13,995 nucleotides of DNA from an uncultured Verrucomicrobiae bacterium (lineage in GTDB: Bacteria > Verrucomicrobiota > Verrucomicrobiia > Methylacidiphilales > UBA1321). The notes under the pieces are model-generated. The model saw only the letters and a list, made by a program, of their open reading frames with translations. It was not told the DNA's origin and ran no database searches. The translations under genes were made by a program, and so were the position numbers. Within the stretch, counting starts at the first letter, position 1; the number at the start of each line of letters is the position of its first letter. This document shows positions 1-8,519 of the stretch, in pieces. Location: assembly GCA_963743595.1 (NCBI GenBank), contig CAVURW010000209.1, positions 1 to 13,995 of the forward strand, in the 5' to 3' direction.

Positions 1-110
1 ATGTTTTTGTTTAACCTATTCGTTCGGTTGGTCTTGCTAGTGGGCTCTTGGTTTCATAAGATATTTAGATGGTCATCCAAATGCCCCCATTTAACAATTG
101 CCCGAAAGAG

Positions 111-1436
111 CTACCTAGTTCGGTCGACTGACGAAACCATCTCTTCCTTCGAACGGAACAGGGAGGAGAACATCGGGTTGAGCACAAAGGTGTCGCCTTC
201 GGTCGCCCAACCTTGCCACTTTTGCCGAATCTCTTCGGCAGAATCCTTGGTGAGGTCCGGCACCACACAGGCTTTGTGATCCGAGAGCTCGGCGAGATCG
301 TAGACTCCCCAGCTGCTGCCATGGCCCGCTTTGTTTTTGTAACTCCACATCGTCCAACTCAGCCCCTCCTGGTTGTACGCATTGATCCCGAAATCCCAAG
401 CCTGAGCGCTGCCAAAGAAGTTAAACTCGCCGACAAACGCAGGCACCTTCCATTGGCTTTGCATCTCGTGGATGCCTTTGATGTCCCCGAGCGTCTGTGC
501 ATCGTTATCGGCTGTGTCCTTGGCTCCAAAATGATAGAAATGAAACGAGTAGACGACGTTGCGGTAACCACACTTTTGGGGGTCATTCAAGGAATGCCAA
601 TCCCACATCCCCTCCATGCAAATGATGTGGTCGGGATCGCTTGATCGTATTGCCGAGTAGATCTGCGCGTATTGAGCGCAAACGGCCTCGGAAGAGGGCT
701 CGGATAACCCTTTGGGAGCCGAGTTATTCGGTTCGTTTAAGAGATCGTACATCGCCACAGCGGGGTTGCCTCGATAATGCTCCGCGATGTGCTTCCAAAT
801 CGCGGCCGTCTCGCTCTTCCAGTGATCCTGTTTCCAGTAACCGGTCGAGGAGCCGTCTTGATTCGCAAGGGCGGGTAGGAACGCGTGAAAATCGACAATC
901 GTGTAGATCCCCTGCTTCCAGGCGTTCTCGATCAGCCAATCCATTTTCTTAAAACCGTCCGGGCGAAACGTGCCCGCTTCGGTCATCAGCGTGTCATAGG
1001 CAAACGTGAGCCGCACTGCGTTCATCCCGAGGTTCTTAATGTTATCGAGATCGTGGAGATTGAACCACGCGTCCTCGTAGGTACTGACTAGGTTCTCCGC
1101 ATCGGTGGAGCCGAACCGGTTTTCAAGCAAATGCCGCACCTCGTAATCGTAGCCGTTGTGGCCGGGGTTTGCGTCCCGCAACGTGCCTGAAGAATCCATC
1201 GGACACATCCAGTCTTGCCACTCCAGCCAGCCGCCCACATTCACCCCTCTGAGTTGCACCACTCTACCAGCACCGTGCCCGTCTCGAATCTGGACGCCGT
1301 TCGCGGCAAGAAACGCGCTGTCTTGCGCTGCTGCCGAAACCAACCCAAACGCCAAGATGAATACGACACCTTCCAAGAACTTGCAGAACTTCTGAACCAT
1401 ATGCAAAAGTGTACGGCTCCCTTCTTCAGAGCGCAT
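111..1436 (-). CDS. Secreted glycoside hydrolase family 5 protein (cellulase / glucan beta-glucosidase-like)
   Basis: 441-aa ORF. GH5 signature residues are readable: acid/base motif 'LLNEPNN', nucleophile motif 'FVGEFNFFG', and N-terminal 'RGVNVGGWLEWQDWM' resembling the GH5 'GGWLVLEPW' start of the barrel. A signal-peptide-like segment 'MVQKFCKFLEGVVFILAFGLVSAAAQ' begins at the second Met, so the ATG at 1400 is a plausible true start. No SD at either start. Confidence 0.85.
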   Translation of the reverse strand: MRSEEGSRTLLHMVQKFCKFLEGVVFILAFGLVSAAAQDSAFLAANGVQIRDGHGAGRVVQLRGVNVGGWLEWQDWMCPMDSSGTLRDANPGHNGYDYEVRHLLENRFGSTDAENLVSTYEDAWFNLHDLDNIKNLGMNAVRLTFAYDTLMTEAGTFRPDGFKKMDWLIENAWKQGIYTIVDFHAFLPALANQDGSSTGYWKQDHWKSETAAIWKHIAEHYRGNPAVAMYDLLNEPNNSAPKGLSEPSSEAVCAQYAQIYSAIRSSDPDHIICMEGMWDWHSLNDPQKCGYRNVVYSFHFYHFGAKDTADNDAQTLGDIKGIHEMQSQWKVPAFVGEFNFFGSAQAWDFGINAYNQEGLSWTMWSYKNKAGHGSSWGVYDLAELSDHKACVVPDLTKDSAEEIRQKWQGWATEGDTFVLNPMFSSLFRSKEEMVSSVDRTR

Positions 1437-1529
1437 CCCTCTTTGGAGTAAGATTTTCGGTTAATCCACGAACGCGCTTGGGAACCTGAAACTCCTGCCG
1501 TGGTTCGATTAGGTGATTGGGACACGAAG

Positions 1530-1973
1530 TTAATCGATGTCCGACTCAACAAGCATCCCAAGCAAAATTAGGGACTCTTGCCAGCCGAGATAGCACGACT
1601 CGCGAGGAATTGCTTCAGGCACTCCGTGTTGGGTTACGGTCATTTCGGTGCCACAGGCGACCTGCTTCAGTGTGACCGTCACTTCCATAACGCCCGGAAG
1701 GTTCGCGTCATCGAACCAATTGCTGTAGCGAATTCGCTCATACGGCACCAGTTCCAGGTACTCCCCGCCAAACGAGTGTCCTTGTCCTGTTCTAAAATTT
1801 GTGAACGACATCCTAAACTTGCCACCGACTTTGCCGTCCATTTCGTGCACCTTGCCGATAAATCCATTTGGCGGAAGCCACTTCGAGAGCGCATCGGCAT
1901 CGAGGAAGGCCTTGTAGACGTGCTCCGGCAATGTGCAGAGCACTCGGTGAAGTTGAATCGTGTGCGTACCCAT
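1530..1973 (-). CDS. SRPBCC superfamily protein, Activator-of-Hsp90-ATPase-homolog-1 (AHSA1/YndB)-like
   Basis: 147-aa ORF. Sequence pattern 'LHRVLCTLPEHVYKAFLDADALSKWLPP...GGKFRMSF...GEYLELVPYERIRYSNWFDD...VTVTL...GTEMTVTQHGVPE' matches the conserved layout of the bacterial AHSA1 domain (PF08327-like), which also fits the ~150-aa size. Confidence 0.8.
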   Translation of the reverse strand: MGTHTIQLHRVLCTLPEHVYKAFLDADALSKWLPPNGFIGKVHEMDGKVGGKFRMSFTNFRTGQGHSFGGEYLELVPYERIRYSNWFDDANLPGVMEVTVTLKQVACGTEMTVTQHGVPEAIPRESCYLGWQESLILLGMLVESDID

Positions 1974-2059
1974 AATTTACCCATGATCTACGCACAGAAC
2001 GGAGCTCGGCAACAAGCCAACTTTCCACCGCATGCACTGGCAAAGCCCGATAACCGGAA

Positions 2060-3625
2060 CTATTCCCACTCGATCGTCGCGGGTGGCTTAGAAGAAATGT
2101 CGTAGACGACGCGGTTGATGCCGCTGACTTCATTGGTGATTCGCGTCGCGATTTTCTCCAGCACAGCGTAATCGATCTTCACCCAATCGGCGGTCATTCC
2201 GTCCTGGCTCTCGACGATACGCACAGCGCAGGTCAATGCGTATGTTCGCTCGTCGCCTTGAACGCCTACACTGCGTACGGGTAATAGCACAGCGAATGCC
2301 TGCCACACCTTTTCGTACCAACCGCTTGCTTTCATTTCCTGGATCACGATGGCGTCGGCTTCACGCAAGATCGCTGTCTCCGCCGCGGAGACGGGGCCGA
2401 GAATGCGGACTGCAAGCCCAGGGCCAGGGAACGGATGACGCCACACCATCTCCTTCGGCAGGCCGAGCGTCTCGCCTAAATGCCGGACCTCGTCCTTAAA
2501 GAGTTGCCGAAGCGGTTCCACGAGCTTGAAGGCCATGTCTTCCGGCAGACCACCGACATTGTGATGGCTTTTGATCACAGAAGCCGGGTTATCACCGATG
2601 GCCACGCTCTCGATCACGTCAGGGTAGAGCGTGCCTTGCGCCAGGTACTTGGCATCGCCCACCTTTTTGGTCGCTTCGGAGAACTCTTCAATAAATTGGC
2701 GACCGATGATCTTCCGTTTCTGCTCGGGATCGCTAATGCCCGCTAACTTGGCAAGGAACCGCTCCCCTGCATCCACTGTGTGCAAATTCAGCTTCATGTT
2801 CCGCCCAAACACCTCTTCGACGCTCTGACGCTCGCCTTTTCGGAGCAGGCCGTTATCGACAAAAATACATTGGAGCTGCTCGCCGATCGCCTGGTGTAAA
2901 AGCGCGGCTGCCACACTGGAATCGACGCCGCCACTGAGGCCGAGAATGACTCGATCCGACCCGACTTGTTCCTTGATCGCTGCGCAGCTCGATTCGATGA
3001 AGCTATCCATCGTCCACGTCGGTTGCGCGCCGCATATGTTGTAGACGAAGTTCGCCAAGATCTGCAGGCCCTTCGGCGTGTGCGCAACTTCTGGGTGAAA
3101 CTGCAGGCCGTAGAGACGTCGGGCTGAGTCTTCGATCACCGAGAACGGCGAGTTACTGGAATGTGCAACCACTCGGAAGCCTGGCGGCAACGTCTTCAAC
3201 GCGTCGCCGTGGCTGTTCCAAATCTCCAGCTCATTCGGGAGATCGCCCAGCAGCAAGGATCGCATCTCCGGGGCCACGTCGGGCTTGGTATCCTCACGCA
3301 GCATGTAACCGCGCCCATACTCCCGGCGATCACTGCGCGCGACATCGCCACCGAGCATCGCGCCGAAAAGCTGCATGCCGTAACAGACCCCTAAAATCGG
3401 TAGGCCAGCCTCGAAAATGGCGGGGTCGGGCCGGGGCGCTTTCGGCGCGTAAACGCTGGCAGGACCGCCGCTGAAAATAATCCCGGCTGGTTCGCGGCTC
3501 TTGAGTTCGCTGATGGGCGTATCGTAACGCAAGATTTCGGAGTAAACTTTGAGTTGGCGAATGCGTCGGGCAATGACTTGGGTGTACTGCGAACCGAAAT
3601 CGAGAATGAAGATTTTGTCTGCCAT
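2060..3625 (-). CDS. guaA: GMP synthase (glutamine-hydrolysing)
   Basis: 521-aa ORF. The N-terminal class-I glutamine amidotransferase domain starts with the canonical '[20 protein letters not shown]'. The PP-loop ATP pyrophosphatase motif 'SGGVDSSV' is present. The C-terminal dimerisation domain ends in 'PPATIEWE', typical of GuaA. Confidence 0.97.
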   Translation of the reverse strand: MADKIFILDFGSQYTQVIARRIRQLKVYSEILRYDTPISELKSREPAGIIFSGGPASVYAPKAPRPDPAIFEAGLPILGVCYGMQLFGAMLGGDVARSDRREYGRGYMLREDTKPDVAPEMRSLLLGDLPNELEIWNSHGDALKTLPPGFRVVAHSSNSPFSVIEDSARRLYGLQFHPEVAHTPKGLQILANFVYNICGAQPTWTMDSFIESSCAAIKEQVGSDRVILGLSGGVDSSVAAALLHQAIGEQLQCIFVDNGLLRKGERQSVEEVFGRNMKLNLHTVDAGERFLAKLAGISDPEQKRKIIGRQFIEEFSEATKKVGDAKYLAQGTLYPDVIESVAIGDNPASVIKSHHNVGGLPEDMAFKLVEPLRQLFKDEVRHLGETLGLPKEMVWRHPFPGPGLAVRILGPVSAAETAILREADAIVIQEMKASGWYEKVWQAFAVLLPVRSVGVQGDERTYALTCAVRIVESQDGMTADWVKIDYAVLEKIATRITNEVSGINRVVYDISSKPPATIEWE

Positions 3626-3697
3626 AAAAAAGGAAGCGGGGATGCTAATACAGAAGCGAAGTTTATGCCACCTCGAACGCTCCTTTCTTTACAGTTT

Positions 3698-5509
3698 CTA
3701 TTTGTTTCCGGGGGTGGGGGAGACGGGCTTTGACGGGGCGCTCTCCTCTAGATCGTCGTAGGCCGCATCGGTAAAGTGCCGTCGATATTTCTCCGGAATG
3801 AGCGGGGTCAGATCTATCGCCGTGCCTTCAATGGGATCGACCAAAGAAATTCGCAAGGGATTCATGTGCTCCAGAACGACGAGACGGAGTTTAAGCGATT
3901 TCTGATGCATCTTCGCAATCAAATAGGGCACCTGCTCCGTGGTGTACGCGCCGTAACCCCAAAACGGCGTGCATTCCAGCGGCGTTTTTTTGATCGGTGC
4001 GGTGGGCGAGTAACCGGTTGCATTTTTCACCTGAATGAGACCCGCGAAGTTTGCGGTGCCGAGCAGACAGAAGGGCACCTGATGACTTGCTTGATTTTCT
4101 GTAGGGAGCAGTCGGTCGATAATCGGGACGATCATTTCGCCGGGCTTCAGGTACTTACGCACCTCTGCCCAGTAGGTGTAGACCTGCCCTGACATGACGA
4201 GATCACGATCTTCCCGGGAATGATTGATCGCAGGGACGGGAGCATACGGTAGGGGCGCGAGGAAGACGATCGCGCCGAACCGGAGCATCGTCATTCGGAA
4301 ATTGCGGGAGAATCCGGGCCGACGCGTCACTAGGAAAAGATGGAAAAAGAACTCGAATTGCATGATTTCGCGGAACGGCCAGCGGAAGCTGTTTAGGAGC
4401 GGCAGATGCGACATCACTTCCGAAATCCAAAACGGGCGCGAGATGAAAATGACCAGCGTGGCGAGGATAAAGACCAGGAGTTGCTCGAATTTGCTGAATC
4501 GTCGGAAGCTCAGCAGTGCCGGGGCGATACACCATGATGCGGCGCACCCCAGGTAACTTTCTACAGGAAGCACATCCATGTGCTTGGCGGTCGGGTCGTT
4601 AAAAATATGAAGCGAGGTCCAGCCTCCTGCAAAAAGGGAGACCGGGAAGTAAGCAAGCGGCATCGCCAGGCCGGAAATCGACCGAGGATCCAATCCGGAG
4701 GAACGCGTGCTCGCGTAGTATCCAGCAACCATATCGACAAGCAGAGGCGAAATCAGAACGACCGAGAGGATCGAGCCCAGACCCCAGATCAGCAGTGGAC
4801 GGATCGACTGCGATTGCGAGGCGTAGGTCACCGTAAAAAGCGAAAGAATGAGGCCCGTGGAGATGGTCATTAACGGGTGGCCGCCCAGAATTTGATGGAT
4901 CTGAAAGAGTGCCACCAAGCTGATTCCCGTGCGGAGCGACGGCGATAGAATCGCCAGCACCAACCACGGCACGGCGCTGTGATTATTGAGAAAGATATTC
5001 CAGCTGGCGGTGACATTCAGAACATAAAGATTGAAGTTAAAGCTAAGCGCATAAAAGAGGATCATGTTGTCGTGGATGCTCAACGAATACTTCTTCTTCA
5101 GAAACCGGGAAACCGCGACGAACCCCAGCATGGCAATTTGCAGGTTCAAAAAAGCGACGATATCGAACGAGTAGATGAGCAGCCCGAAATTTGAGAGGTA
5201 GGCCACCAGGAAAATGAACGGGTGCCAGTTAAACAATCCAGGATCGGCCAGCAGATTATAATTTCCGCCGAAGAGGTAGTCGGAGATGAACGGCGAGTGC
5301 CCCTCGCCCAGGTGCCGCCCGATTTCCGCGATGATCCCGAGACCGCCCGTTAACGTGTCGTCCGTCAGGAAGTAGCAGGGCCGCCAGATTTGAAGGAGAA
5401 TGAAGCCCAGCGTGTTGAGAATCGCAGCGCGTATGTAGATGTTTTTGGGCCAGAGAAACTTCAGCAACTGCATAGCGCAGGAGAGTACCGGAACGGGTCC
5501 GGTTGTCAA
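3698..5509 (-). CDS. Polytopic integral membrane protein with C-terminal soluble domain; possible GT-C-fold glycosyltransferase (ArnT/PMT/YfhO-like)
   Basis: 603-aa ORF with more than 10 hydrophobic helical segments over the first ~430 aa, followed by a ~170-aa hydrophilic C-terminal domain. The first extracytoplasmic loop after TM1 contains an acidic 'FLTDDT' motif, reminiscent of the DD/DE motif of GT-C glycosyltransferases. The functional call is tentative. An alternative start at the Met of 'MQLLKF' (coordinate 5473) is possible. Confidence 0.75.
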   Translation of the reverse strand: MTTGPVPVLSCAMQLLKFLWPKNIYIRAAILNTLGFILLQIWRPCYFLTDDTLTGGLGIIAEIGRHLGEGHSPFISDYLFGGNYNLLADPGLFNWHPFIFLVAYLSNFGLLIYSFDIVAFLNLQIAMLGFVAVSRFLKKKYSLSIHDNMILFYALSFNFNLYVLNVTASWNIFLNNHSAVPWLVLAILSPSLRTGISLVALFQIHQILGGHPLMTISTGLILSLFTVTYASQSQSIRPLLIWGLGSILSVVLISPLLVDMVAGYYASTRSSGLDPRSISGLAMPLAYFPVSLFAGGWTSLHIFNDPTAKHMDVLPVESYLGCAASWCIAPALLSFRRFSKFEQLLVFILATLVIFISRPFWISEVMSHLPLLNSFRWPFREIMQFEFFFHLFLVTRRPGFSRNFRMTMLRFGAIVFLAPLPYAPVPAINHSREDRDLVMSGQVYTYWAEVRKYLKPGEMIVPIIDRLLPTENQASHQVPFCLLGTANFAGLIQVKNATGYSPTAPIKKTPLECTPFWGYGAYTTEQVPYLIAKMHQKSLKLRLVVLEHMNPLRISLVDPIEGTAIDLTPLIPEKYRRHFTDAAYDDLEESAPSKPVSPTPGNK

Positions 5510-5561
5510 AACCGGGGGCGATTGTCGTTCGTGATAAACCTGTTAGCGTGATTAGACTCTT

Positions 5562-6020
5562 ATGTTTGATCACAAGATCGTTATGGCCCAAATCCAGTTA
5601 GATCGCACCATGGAGTACGTCTCAATCATGACCCTGCTTCCTACGGAGCAACGTCGTCAGATGATGGTTCGAATTGGTCTGGCGATTGACAAGATGGCCA
5701 CGCTGAACCGAGAGGATTTTGGAGACAGTCCTTTTATCGAACAACGCCTTCTGGAATTTCGGTCAGCATGCGAATCGGTTTCCAATCTCTCTTCAACGGG
5801 TAGAGTTTTAGACGGGAAAGAACCCTGTCCAGTTTGCTGCTCGCCCATAAAAAAACCGGGGGCGACTCCCTTAGAAATATTTTATTCCACGAATTACTAT
5901 TGCCCCGAGTGTATTAGGCCGATCGAGGAGGCCAGTGCAAGACTGAATGCTGCTGAGGGCTTTAACGAGGCTGCTTACCTGGCATTTAGAGTAACCTTGA
6001 CCAAGAAACGCCCATCCTGA
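5562..6020 (+). CDS. Small hypothetical protein with C-terminal CxxC-x18-CxxC zinc-ribbon (paralog A)
   Basis: 152-aa ORF. It is paralogous to the next ORF at roughly 30-35% identity by eye. Shared blocks include 'MTLLPTEQRRQM' vs 'MTLLPTDQRQQL', '...LNRE.FG' vs '...LNRCFFG', and 'LDGKEPCPVCCS...PGA...CPEC' vs 'LDGNAECSVCGT...PGA...CSPC'. The amino-acid-level conservation despite DNA divergence supports real coding. Confidence 0.65.
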   Translation: MFDHKIVMAQIQLDRTMEYVSIMTLLPTEQRRQMMVRIGLAIDKMATLNREDFGDSPFIEQRLLEFRSACESVSNLSSTGRVLDGKEPCPVCCSPIKKPGATPLEIFYSTNYYCPECIRPIEEASARLNAAEGFNEAAYLAFRVTLTKKRPS

Positions 6021-6022
6021 TT

Positions 6023-6433
6023 ATGCTCGATCTCAACCACCCGCAGACCAAGTGGATTTTTCGTGTCTCTCATGAAAAGGATGCGATTCACGAATTGACG
6101 CAAATGATGACCTTACTGCCGACAGACCAACGGCAACAACTGCTGGAACGTGTGCTCATCCACATCGAACGAATTCGGGAGCTAAACCGTTGTTTCTTCG
6201 GAGGTAAGTCAGATAACGAAGGAGCCATCGTGGAGCTGGAGAAGGCCTGTCGGAAACTCGCCAGCCTACCCTCGCAGAAAAGTTTTCTGGATGGCAACGC
6301 GGAGTGCTCCGTTTGCGGAACGATGATCGAGCCCCCCGGTGCCTACAACATTGTCCTTTGTTCTCCCTGCTGGCAGGGTTCATTATACGCTCTGGAATCC
6401 GTTGGAAGTCATTTTGGAACGAACGTCATCTGA
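6023..6433 (+). CDS. Small hypothetical protein with C-terminal CxxC-x15-CxxC zinc-ribbon (paralog B)
   Basis: 136-aa ORF starting 2 nt after the stop of paralog A (TGA-tt-ATG). Same architecture as paralog A: a helical N-terminal half carrying the 'MTLLPTDQRQQ' block, then a four-Cys zinc ribbon. A hairpin 'ccgtgt-aaatcc-acacgg' lies immediately after its stop (6434-6451). Confidence 0.65.
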   Translation: MLDLNHPQTKWIFRVSHEKDAIHELTQMMTLLPTDQRQQLLERVLIHIERIRELNRCFFGGKSDNEGAIVELEKACRKLASLPSQKSFLDGNAECSVCGTMIEPPGAYNIVLCSPCWQGSLYALESVGSHFGTNVI

Positions 6434-6470
6434 CCGTGTAAATCCACACGGCTGCTTCAGCCCCGTAACG

Positions 6471-6505
6471 AAAAAGGGTGCGTGACCGTTTCCAGCCACG
6501 CACCC
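6471..6505 (-). terminator. Rho-independent terminator for the flotillin-like gene (minus strand)
   Basis: A 9-bp GC-rich stem (gggtgcgtg 6476-6484 / cacgcaccc 6497-6505) with a 12-nt loop. On the minus strand it is followed directly by the T-run read from 6475-6471 (UUUUUCGUU). It lies 20 nt downstream of the TAA stop at 6525-6527. Confidence 0.55.
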
Positions 6506-6524
6506 GATTTCTCATCCGACGACG

Positions 6525-8519
6525 TTACACCATTTGATTCGGGTCAGTCGGAACACCGGGGAGGATGACGCCTCCGTCTTCGCTCGCGGGTTCAGGCACG
6601 CTAGGCACGGTGGGCATGGCGGTCGTGGCTGTAATCACATCCCCGCTACCCACGCGATCTTTCAGCGTCGTGCCCAGAAGAGCCTCGAGCAAGCCGCCAC
6701 CTGCTGCACCGCCACCGCTGGTGACGGAGACGTCCGGTACGATGCGCACATTGCGTTCACCCACGATCTGCATGATTTGCAGTGCGGCGAAGGCTTGGCC
6801 TCCGAGTGCTTCCACACCGGCGCGATAGGCTTGCGCCTTGGCCAAACCGGTCGTGCGAATGGCTTCGGCTTGACCCAAGGCGCGGAGGCGAATGGCTTCC
6901 GATTCACCCTGCGCGGCCTTGACGTTGGCCTGAGCATTCAGCTCAGCGATCATCACGCCCTGCTCGCTGGCGACGACCTGTTGTTGAATGTTCGCGATGG
7001 AGGTCTCACGCACCAGCAACTGCCGTTGTTTCTGCGCGGCTTCCTGCATCTCGTAGGTCTCCTTCTCTTCCTCTGCGAGTTTACGATCCGTCTGCGTCTT
7101 CATCAGCGCTTCCGGAGGCGTGATATCGCCGATCAACGTATCGACCGCTTGCACGTTATACTCGCCGAGAGCCACGCGTATGAATTGGGCCGCTTCCGAC
7201 TGGCGCTCACTGCGGGCCCGTAAGAAATCGAGCACCGTGTAGTATTGCGCGGAGTTCCGGAAGTAGTTGCCGACGATCGGTTGCAGCACGTGATCGACAA
7301 GATTCTGCATCGAGCCGACACGGGAGATGACACGGGGAGCGTCCATGGCACCCACGTGGATGATCTGCGCGACGTCCAGGTTAAAGGCGAATCCATCGCG
7401 GGAACGCACAGTAATGCTGCTCAGTTTCGCATCGAGATTGTGCGCCTCCGATTGGCGAGCCCAGTTCAATACAATATTGGTGGTGGGCACGCGTTCTACA
7501 CGCATGATCTTCGGGTTGATGGGGTGCTTGCCGGGGTAGAGTGGCGAGACCCACACGCCCTTATGGCCGGGCTCCACCAGATCGCCGTGCAGGAATTCCT
7601 TCCCGGAGACGTCGATGTGCGCTTCCCCAACGAAGGAGATGACCACACCCACGTGACCGATGGGAATTTCCAGCATTTCCACCTGTTCCACTTGGACGAA
7701 CCAGGGGTTCAGATTCCACGTACCAGAGAGCAGCACCTGCTGTTGCAAACCACGTTGGCCGCCGTTGTTCAGGTAGGCCTGAGGATTCTGGAAGTTATCG
7801 TGATCCGAGATCATGGGGCCGGCGATTTCGCCAGCAGGAATCGGCTTTCCATCCATGGTGGTGACCACTCCCACGCGATTCGACGCCACCTCATACACGT
7901 AGAACTGTTCCGGCACCATGCCGAACTTGGCGGCAGAGGCGGAGGTAATGACGTTGAAGAGCGCCTGGTTGATCCTGTACGTACCTGCGGTGAGGATGCT
8001 GAGCTGGCGACCTTTTTCGCCACCATTCAGCAAGAACGCGCGGGCGTCCTGGAAGTTGTTACAATCGACGAATTTAGCCAGGATCCGGTCGGAAGGAATG
8101 GAGCAGCCATCGTTGGCAAGAACCAACGCAATTTCGCCGGCGGGCACTTCCACCAGAGGAGCCTTAAAGACCTCGTACATGAAGAACCAGTAGCCGAAAT
8201 GGATACCTGGCCCGAGCGTTTCAGCTTGGTAACCAGCCTCGCCATTGAGCGCGACGAGTTGGCCGGGCGGCAACGATTTGGCTGAGAATTTCTTCACGAC
8301 GACGCCGACCTGCCGCTCATGAATCCGTACAGCGCCCGTAACGAGCGGTAGGAAAATGAGGCAGACGATCAACACGACCACCACGGCGAAGAGGATGAGC
8401 ATCCACACGTGTGAGTACGAGGAGGAGTTGTCCTCGCTGGTGACCTGTGCAAGAGTAACTAACGGGTGATTCAGTGAGCCCAGGAGGCTACTGACCGACA
8501 TGGCAAGGGTGCCGTTCAT
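6525..8519 (-). CDS. Flotillin-like SPFH/Band-7 domain membrane protein (YqiK/FloT-like)
   Basis: 664-aa ORF. An N-terminal hydrophobic anchor 'WMLILFAVVVVLIVCLIFLPLV' is followed by a long SPFH-type region. The C-terminus is a Glu/Ala/Gln-rich coiled-coil 'flotillin' segment ('EAAQKQRQLLVRE...ELNAQANVKAAQGESEAIRLRALGQAEAIR...AKAQAYRAGVEALGG') and then a Gly/Ala/Pro/Thr low-complexity tail. Alternative starts exist at coordinates 8501 and 8402. The convergent terminator is annotated separately. Confidence 0.88.
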   Translation of the reverse strand: MNGTLAMSVSSLLGSLNHPLVTLAQVTSEDNSSSYSHVWMLILFAVVVVLIVCLIFLPLVTGAVRIHERQVGVVVKKFSAKSLPPGQLVALNGEAGYQAETLGPGIHFGYWFFMYEVFKAPLVEVPAGEIALVLANDGCSIPSDRILAKFVDCNNFQDARAFLLNGGEKGRQLSILTAGTYRINQALFNVITSASAAKFGMVPEQFYVYEVASNRVGVVTTMDGKPIPAGEIAGPMISDHDNFQNPQAYLNNGGQRGLQQQVLLSGTWNLNPWFVQVEQVEMLEIPIGHVGVVISFVGEAHIDVSGKEFLHGDLVEPGHKGVWVSPLYPGKHPINPKIMRVERVPTTNIVLNWARQSEAHNLDAKLSSITVRSRDGFAFNLDVAQIIHVGAMDAPRVISRVGSMQNLVDHVLQPIVGNYFRNSAQYYTVLDFLRARSERQSEAAQFIRVALGEYNVQAVDTLIGDITPPEALMKTQTDRKLAEEEKETYEMQEAAQKQRQLLVRETSIANIQQQVVASEQGVMIAELNAQANVKAAQGESEAIRLRALGQAEAIRTTGLAKAQAYRAGVEALGGQAFAALQIMQIVGERNVRIVPDVSVTSGGGAAGGGLLEALLGTTLKDRVGSGDVITATTAMPTVPSVPEPASEDGGVILPGVPTDPNQMV

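Noticed and set aside
1-279. ORF beginning with ATG at window position 1 (92 aa)
   Set aside because: It overlaps the 3' end of the GH5 gene on the opposite strand for ~170 nt. The ATG at position 1 is coincidental with the window edge. The AT-rich 1-110 segment is better explained as the GH5 3' flank.
1500-1515. tRNA T-loop-like 'ggttcgatt' in the 93-bp gap between the GH5 and AHSA1-like genes
   Set aside because: The gap is too short for a tRNA. No acceptor or anticodon stem complementarity is evident around it.
1578-2133. Plus-strand ORF 1578-2105 and minus-strand ORFs 1679-1984 and 1813-2133 overlapping the AHSA1-like gene and the guaA 3' end
   Set aside because: They overlap confidently identified genes in other frames or strands and have no recognisable features. 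The same reasoning applies to 213-644(+), 115-399(-), 2236-2499(+), 3163-3474(+), 4224-4556(+), 4599-4967(-) and 10551-10928(-).
6434-6451. Hairpin 'ccgtgt-aaatcc-acacgg' right after the stop of zinc-ribbon paralog B as an intrinsic terminator
   Set aside because: The 6-bp stem is not followed by a T-run on the plus strand. It may contribute to termination, but it does not meet the canonical hairpin-plus-U-tract criterion. Only the minus-strand terminator at 6471-6505 is annotated.
7245-8285. 346-aa plus-strand ORF (and the 6534-7223 229-aa ORF) antisense to the flotillin gene
   Set aside because: These are shadow ORFs on the opposite strand of a well-supported SPFH/flotillin CDS in GC-rich DNA. 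Their compositions are Arg/His/Gly/Asp-rich and unlike real proteins. No independent support.
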